Below, in pieces: positions 59,644-64,000 of a stretch of 64,000 nt of DNA. How positions within the stretch are numbered: position 1 is the first letter of the stretch; each line of letters begins with the position of its first letter. Origin of the DNA: Planctomycetota bacterium (GTDB lineage Bacteria; Planctomycetota; SZUA-567; H5-PLA8); the NCBI GenBank assembly GCA_016200135.1, contig JACQFI010000070.1:8356-72355 (forward strand), read 5' to 3'. The notes beneath the pieces were generated by a model, which had not been told where the DNA came from, made no database searches, and saw nothing but the letters and a program-made list of their open reading frames with translations. The position numbers were made by a program, and so were the translations under genes.

Positions 59644-61365
59644 ATGAGGCCCGGCGCGCTGGCTATCATGACGGTTACGGCGAGCGTACTCTTGCGCTCT
59701 GTTGTAGGCTATGCCGCGCAACCTGCTCAGCCGGTTGCGCCCCCGGCGCAGCCGCCCGCAGCAGAGCCCGTGCCGCCGCCGACCGAGGCCGAGTTGCGCG
59801 AACGCGCGCTACACTGGATCCACAAACTGAAACTCGCGGGAGACCCGGTGGAGACCGACCGGGTCCGCAAGAACCTCATAGCGCTGGGCAAGCCCGGAGT
59901 GCCGCTGATCATTGAGGCTGCGCAAAAGGAATTCGGCGAGAAGCCGCTGCCGTTTTACCTGTGGAACGTCTGCCTCACCCTTGGCCGCATGGCCGACGAC
60001 CGCGCCGTGCCGTACCTGATGAAGCGCCTCGAGCCGGTCACCGAGTTGGAACTCAAGCAGCGCCCGGACTGGAACTTCGTACGAGCGTTCGCGGCGCTTT
60101 CGCTGGGTAAGATCTCCGATCCGGCGCACACGGCCATGCCGGCGCTGCGCAAGATCGTCCGCGATGAGAACGAGAACGTCTTCACGCGCCGGACATCGGC
60201 GCTGGCGCTCGGGTCGCTCCAGGACGACGGCTGCCTCGACACGATGAGCAAGATCCTGCAGGATCCCAAGGCCCAGCCCACCATGCGCGGCGGAATGGCC
60301 ATGGCGCTGGGCATGGTTCGAGGCGAGGCCGCGACCGATAAGCTGATTGCGTACATCTCACTGGACGCCAAGGAGCGCGACGCTTTCGCCGACCGCATGG
60401 CGGTTCAGGCGCTGGGCATGCAGAAGGCCGAGAAGGCTGTCGACGCGCTGCGGAAAATGCTCGCGGCCACCGAAGACAACAGTTTGAAGGGCTCCGTCGT
60501 GCTGGTGCTCGGCTGGATCGGCAAGCGCGATGCCGCCGCGGATGTTCAGAAGGTCATGGACGACGAACAAGTCCCGGCGTTCACGCGCTGCAACGCGGCG
60601 GTGGCCTTGGGTGGCCTGGGCAAGCCTGACGCGGGCTCGGCTTTCCTGCGCAAGACCCTGCAGAGCGAGCCCAACAAGATTGTGCTGGGGACGGAAGCGT
60701 ATGCGGCGGTGGCGCTCGGCGAATTCTTCGGCGACGACAACATCAAAGCGCTTTGCGATTCCATCTCGTCGACCAAGTTCTCCGTCGTGGCGCTTAATGG
60801 GATCAACGCGCTGGGCCACCGCAAGGACCCGCGCACAGCGCCGTTCCTGATCGAGCACTACCACAAGTTCGAAGGCGCACGGAACCAATACCTGCGCGGC
60901 GAGATCGTCCGCGCGCTGATGGCCTTCCCCACGCAGGAGGCGATCCGCGGCCTCTGCATCAAAGGACTCAAGGACAACGCGGATTACGTTCAGGCCAAGT
61001 GCGCGGTCGCACTGGCGCGATATCCCGGCGCAGACACCGATGCGGCCTTAATCGAAGCATTGAGCGACCGTGCGCCCGACGTTCGCGGCGAGGCGGCGCT
61101 TACTCTGGGACTGCTGAAGAGTCTTCGCTCCGCCGAACCGCTGCGCAAACTGCTCCAAGACGAATCCGATTGGGTGCGACTGCGCGCGCGCCGGGCACTT
61201 GAGAACATCCTGAAGTACGGAAAGAACGAGTTCCAGCAGACCGCCGGCATCCAGGACCTCATCGACCAGCGCGTGAAGGCGGTGGGCGCGAGCTTGAGCG
61301 AAGAGATGAACCGGCTGTACACCGAAGGCTATCAGAAGGTTCTCGAATTGGATAAGCAACTCTAG
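59644..61365 (+). CDS. Secreted HEAT/PBS-lyase-type repeat protein
   Basis: Signal peptide MRPGALAIMTVTASVLLRSVVGYAA. Multiple roughly 30-aa repeats of the form VR..AA.ALG. Confidence 0.7.
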   Translation: MRPGALAIMTVTASVLLRSVVGYAAQPAQPVAPPAQPPAAEPVPPPTEAELRERALHWIHKLKLAGDPVETDRVRKNLIALGKPGVPLIIEAAQKEFGEKPLPFYLWNVCLTLGRMADDRAVPYLMKRLEPVTELELKQRPDWNFVRAFAALSLGKISDPAHTAMPALRKIVRDENENVFTRRTSALALGSLQDDGCLDTMSKILQDPKAQPTMRGGMAMALGMVRGEAATDKLIAYISLDAKERDAFADRMAVQALGMQKAEKAVDALRKMLAATEDNSLKGSVVLVLGWIGKRDAAADVQKVMDDEQVPAFTRCNAAVALGGLGKPDAGSAFLRKTLQSEPNKIVLGTEAYAAVALGEFFGDDNIKALCDSISSTKFSVVALNGINALGHRKDPRTAPFLIEHYHKFEGARNQYLRGEIVRALMAFPTQEAIRGLCIKGLKDNADYVQAKCAVALARYPGADTDAALIEALSDRAPDVRGEAALTLGLLKSLRSAEPLRKLLQDESDWVRLRARRALENILKYGKNEFQQTAGIQDLIDQRVKAVGASLSEEMNRLYTEGYQKVLELDKQL

Positions 61366-61392
61366 CGGCCATGAAAATAGCGAGGAGCAGAC

Positions 61393-63159
61393 ATGAAATC
61401 GACAAGCGTGTGGTTGAAGGTGGCCGTCATGGGCGCTGTGTTGGGATGGGCCGCCGGCGGCACGGCCCTTCCGGCCGCGGCGGCAGAGAATCCGCTGGCC
61501 GGTGGCGCGTCGCTGGGCGGCGACGGGAATCTGAAGCCAAATGTCGGGACGCCCTCCACGCCTGGCCCCGTGCCAATCTTGGGTGAAGGCGGAAAGGTGA
61601 AGGCTCCTAAAGATCCCGGACCACGACCGACGCCTCCGCCCGTTCCCTCAGAGGCTGCCGTGACGTACTATTCCACGTGTGGCAACTTGCACTCGCCAGT
61701 TTACACAAGGATCTCGGGTGACAACATCAGCAAATCCGGAGATTACGTCAACAAAGAATACGACACGGTGTCTTCGGGCGTAAAGTTTAATGATGAGGCG
61801 AGGAATTACTTCAATTCCAAGGAGTACAAGGATTATCAGGAGAAGGAAAAGCAGTGGAAGAAAGACACCAATGATTTCGAGTCGTCGAAAGACCGCGATA
61901 GCTCCAACAAGCCGAATACCTTGGGAAGTGGAATGATTTCGGCGCAACTTCAGCGCGACGCGAAACAGGACCTCGCGCTGTGGATGCAAGGCTGCCAGTA
62001 TCACGTGCCCATTAACGCCATCACCTTCGGCGGCGGTGCGCCGGAACTCAACGCGAGCCTGGACGACCCGATCGCGGGTCCGGCCCTCACCGCCAGCCAT
62101 TACGCCAAACTGGTCGGCATGCTTAACGAGGAGGCGCAGAAGCAGGCACCTTCGCCCAAAGAGCTGGTCCTTTCCATGGAGGTGTTCTGGGAGGGTCAAT
62201 GGCGCCGCAATCTTGGCTTCGATGCCGACCCGACCTCCCGCCAGCTTGCCGCGGACCTGGAAAGAGCCGCGAACGATACCCAGGAAGCCAAACGCCGCTT
62301 GGAGGGCCTGAGTAAGCGCTCCGAAGCCAGCGAGGCGGAGAAATTCCAAGTAATGGAGCAGCGCGCATTCGCCGTGAAGGAACTCGAGCGCTGCCAGGCC
62401 AAGGAGCAGCCGCTGCGCGAGACGCTCGACCGGCGCATGACCTTCATTCGCGCGATGGTGAACCTGCTCCGGCTCGCGCCCGACGGAGGCTTCGGACCGA
62501 CCTTTGCCGAGGTTGCCGAACCGGGGTCCGTGCAGGCGTCCGCGGCGAAGATTCTGGCGCAGATCGGCCCGCTCACCGCGGGCTCGATCTGGCAGGGCTT
62601 GACCGAGGACCTTTCCTGGCTGCGGCAGGTGAAGGGCGGCGGCGAGATCCGGCCCGACAAAGAGATCCACAACCACACGCTGGCCGCGGAGGCCGCCGAA
62701 GCGGCGCTCTGCGATACGCGCATCGAAGGGCTGACGGTGCTCTCCGAGTTCCTCGTCTCGAACCGCCCCGCGCCGGCGGTGGTGCTCGTTAAGGCGTTGG
62801 AGATGCTCGACAAACTGGGGACGAAGTTGCTGCGCGCGGAGGCTCTCGCGGCTCTGCCGCGCGTGATCGCGCTGCGTAAGCATGAGGACCCTGAAGTGGC
62901 CGAGCGGGCAAAATGGGCGCTGCTGCGGCTGATGGGCGTGAGCGGCGGGAAGGCCTCGATGGAAGACGCCATCGGTACGCTGGCGCCGTTGCTGAAGGAA
63001 TCCGACGGCCAGCTTCCCGAAGCCGTCTGGCAGTTCCTCAAGGCCAACACGGGCCAGCCGCTCGCCAAAGATACCCAGGCGTGGCTCGATTTGCAGAAAC
63101 GCATGCTGGCCGAACGCGAGAAGGTGGAAGCGGAAAAGAAGAAACTCGACGCGAAGTAG
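61393..63159 (+). CDS. Secreted hypothetical protein with Gly/Pro-rich linker, coiled-coil and helical-repeat regions; contains a low-GC Lys-rich insert
   Basis: Signal peptide MKSTSVWLKVAVMGAVLGWAAGGTALPAAAA. The stretch 61670..61940 is about 45% GC and Lys-rich. Confidence 0.5.
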   Translation: MKSTSVWLKVAVMGAVLGWAAGGTALPAAAAENPLAGGASLGGDGNLKPNVGTPSTPGPVPILGEGGKVKAPKDPGPRPTPPPVPSEAAVTYYSTCGNLHSPVYTRISGDNISKSGDYVNKEYDTVSSGVKFNDEARNYFNSKEYKDYQEKEKQWKKDTNDFESSKDRDSSNKPNTLGSGMISAQLQRDAKQDLALWMQGCQYHVPINAITFGGGAPELNASLDDPIAGPALTASHYAKLVGMLNEEAQKQAPSPKELVLSMEVFWEGQWRRNLGFDADPTSRQLAADLERAANDTQEAKRRLEGLSKRSEASEAEKFQVMEQRAFAVKELERCQAKEQPLRETLDRRMTFIRAMVNLLRLAPDGGFGPTFAEVAEPGSVQASAAKILAQIGPLTAGSIWQGLTEDLSWLRQVKGGGEIRPDKEIHNHTLAAEAAEAALCDTRIEGLTVLSEFLVSNRPAPAVVLVKALEMLDKLGTKLLRAEALAALPRVIALRKHEDPEVAERAKWALLRLMGVSGGKASMEDAIGTLAPLLKESDGQLPEAVWQFLKANTGQPLAKDTQAWLDLQKRMLAEREKVEAEKKKLDAK

Positions 63160-63176
63160 GGCCGTGCCTGGGGCTA

Positions 63177-63761
63177 TTATCCCTTCTTGATGCCCAAGAT
63201 CTCGCGGATCTTCCGCGCGCGGTCTTCGAAGACGCTTTCCTCAAGCACCGGCTTGGCGCCGGCAGTCTCGAGCGGTTTTTCCAGCGGCACCCATGAGCGG
63301 CAGCCGGCGTAGAGGCGGTTGTCGTCGATCACGAGCGTTTGCGGCAGGCGGTAGAGCCGTTCGACGATCGCCCAGATCCCCGGCTTCTTGTAATTGAAGC
63401 GCATGTCCACCGCCGCAGGCGTGAAGGGATGCAGCCCGGCAAGCGCATGCGCGAGCTTCAAATCTTCAACAAAGACCGCTTCCTCCACGACGGCATAGTG
63501 GCGGATCGGGATCTTGTCCGCGCCCTCCGCCGCAGGCTCTTTCTTTGTCGCTTCAAGAAAGGGCAGAACTTCGGGAACCAGATCGGTCTCGCGCTGATGG
63601 ACGTGGGTAGGGAAGAGGAAGTACTCGCGCTGCTCGACTGTGAACTCGCCGCGCTTCTCGTGAATGCCGCCTTTGCGCAGCGACATCGCGAACATGCCGC
63701 GCGCCAGCGCTTCTTCGACGCTGGCCCACTCTTTGTAGGCCATGTTGTTTTCGGGCTTCAC
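63177..63761 (-). CDS. Conserved hypothetical cytoplasmic protein
   Basis: Clean ORF of 194 aa in a tight convergent arrangement. No recognisable motifs. Confidence 0.45.
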   Translation of the reverse strand: MKPENNMAYKEWASVEEALARGMFAMSLRKGGIHEKRGEFTVEQREYFLFPTHVHQRETDLVPEVLPFLEATKKEPAAEGADKIPIRHYAVVEEAVFVEDLKLAHALAGLHPFTPAAVDMRFNYKKPGIWAIVERLYRLPQTLVIDDNRLYAGCRSWVPLEKPLETAGAKPVLEESVFEDRARKIREILGIKKG

Positions 63762-63813
63762 GGGATCTCCTGCGAACGGGCGCCGGGCTTTTCGGAATAT
63801 ACGCCACCGTTTT

Positions 63814-64000
63814 CTAGACGCTCACTTCGCCTGTAAGCCCCAGCCAATCGCGGTGGCCGCGCAGGACCGGCTGGACGTGCTGGCTGAGGAAATCGCTGGT
63901 CTGTTCGGAGGCGAGGCCGATGTACCGCGCTGGGTCCATGATCTCGCCGATGCGCCCCTTCACTTTGGAGAACGCCTTGTCGCCGGCGATGCGGTCCAGC
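63814..64000 (-). CDS. 3' end of a gene truncated by the window edge. The C-terminal peptide (...ARYIGLASEQTSDFLSQHVQPVL...) is compatible with a fumarate-lyase-superfamily enzyme such as adenylosuccinate lyase.
   Basis: Minus-strand translation LDRIAGDKAFSKVKGRIGEIMDPARYIGLASEQTSDFLSQHVQPVLRGHRDWLGLTGEVSV*. Assignment is by the C-terminal YLG-like motif only. Confidence 0.3.
   Translation of the reverse strand, partial: LDRIAGDKAFSKVKGRIGEIMDPARYIGLASEQTSDFLSQHVQPVLRGHRDWLGLTGEVSV

Overview
This is a high-GC (about 65-68%) bacterial chromosomal segment of 64 kb. The gene content suggests a Planctomycetota/PVC-like organism, although that cannot be established from sequence alone: three Hanks-type Ser/Thr kinases with TM plus TPR or beta-propeller sensor tails, an ECF sigma factor fused to a WD40 propeller, and a lipoprotein multiheme cytochrome c with TPR. 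I can support about 45 protein genes, one tRNA-Ser(CGA), three rho-independent terminators and several repeat families. Long ORFs antisense to real genes are GC-driven artifacts and are not called. Gene order runs as follows. A metal-homeostasis cluster holds a HEHH lipoprotein, a MacB/Lol-type ABC pair, a Fur-family regulator, an ABC-3 permease, a TroA/ZnuA-like binding protein and a coiled-coil outer-membrane porin. A divergent kinase pair follows, with an orphan receiver domain and an AraC/PhyH/nucleoside-hydrolase module. Then come a heparinase II/III-like protein, a molybdopterin oxidoreductase, dnaK, the ECF-sigma-WD40 gene, queE, a Pro-rich membrane protein with a tetraheme cytochrome lipoprotein, and an ECF sigma/anti-sigma/PDZ/FIST module. 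After TPR and secreted proteins sit trpBA, a methyltransferase, TerC, a YkgJ plus GAF-HD-GYP operon, a STAS protein with an orphan histidine kinase, cinA, queC, a third kinase, and a sialate-O-acetylesterase cluster with a GntR-PBP regulator. The window closes with secreted transglutaminase-like, beta-helix and HEAT-repeat proteins, tRNA-Ser and tadA. No cas genes, transposases, integrases, reverse transcriptases or recognisable defense nucleases are present. The most unusual material is non-coding. A 1.5 kb repeat-rich island sits downstream of dnaK. REP-like hairpin clusters are closed by long-range helices. Roughly 40-bp direct repeats, made of GCGCCAAR heptads, bracket the membrane-protein/cytochrome pair. 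A 48-bp duplication of the queE 3' end flanks a 286-bp insertion carrying a small ORF. Shared TTGATAA-N4-TATCAA palindromes occur in the metal cluster, and there are two sharply AT-rich spacers. No single novel multi-gene system can be asserted from the sequence alone; the candidates are listed with tests.
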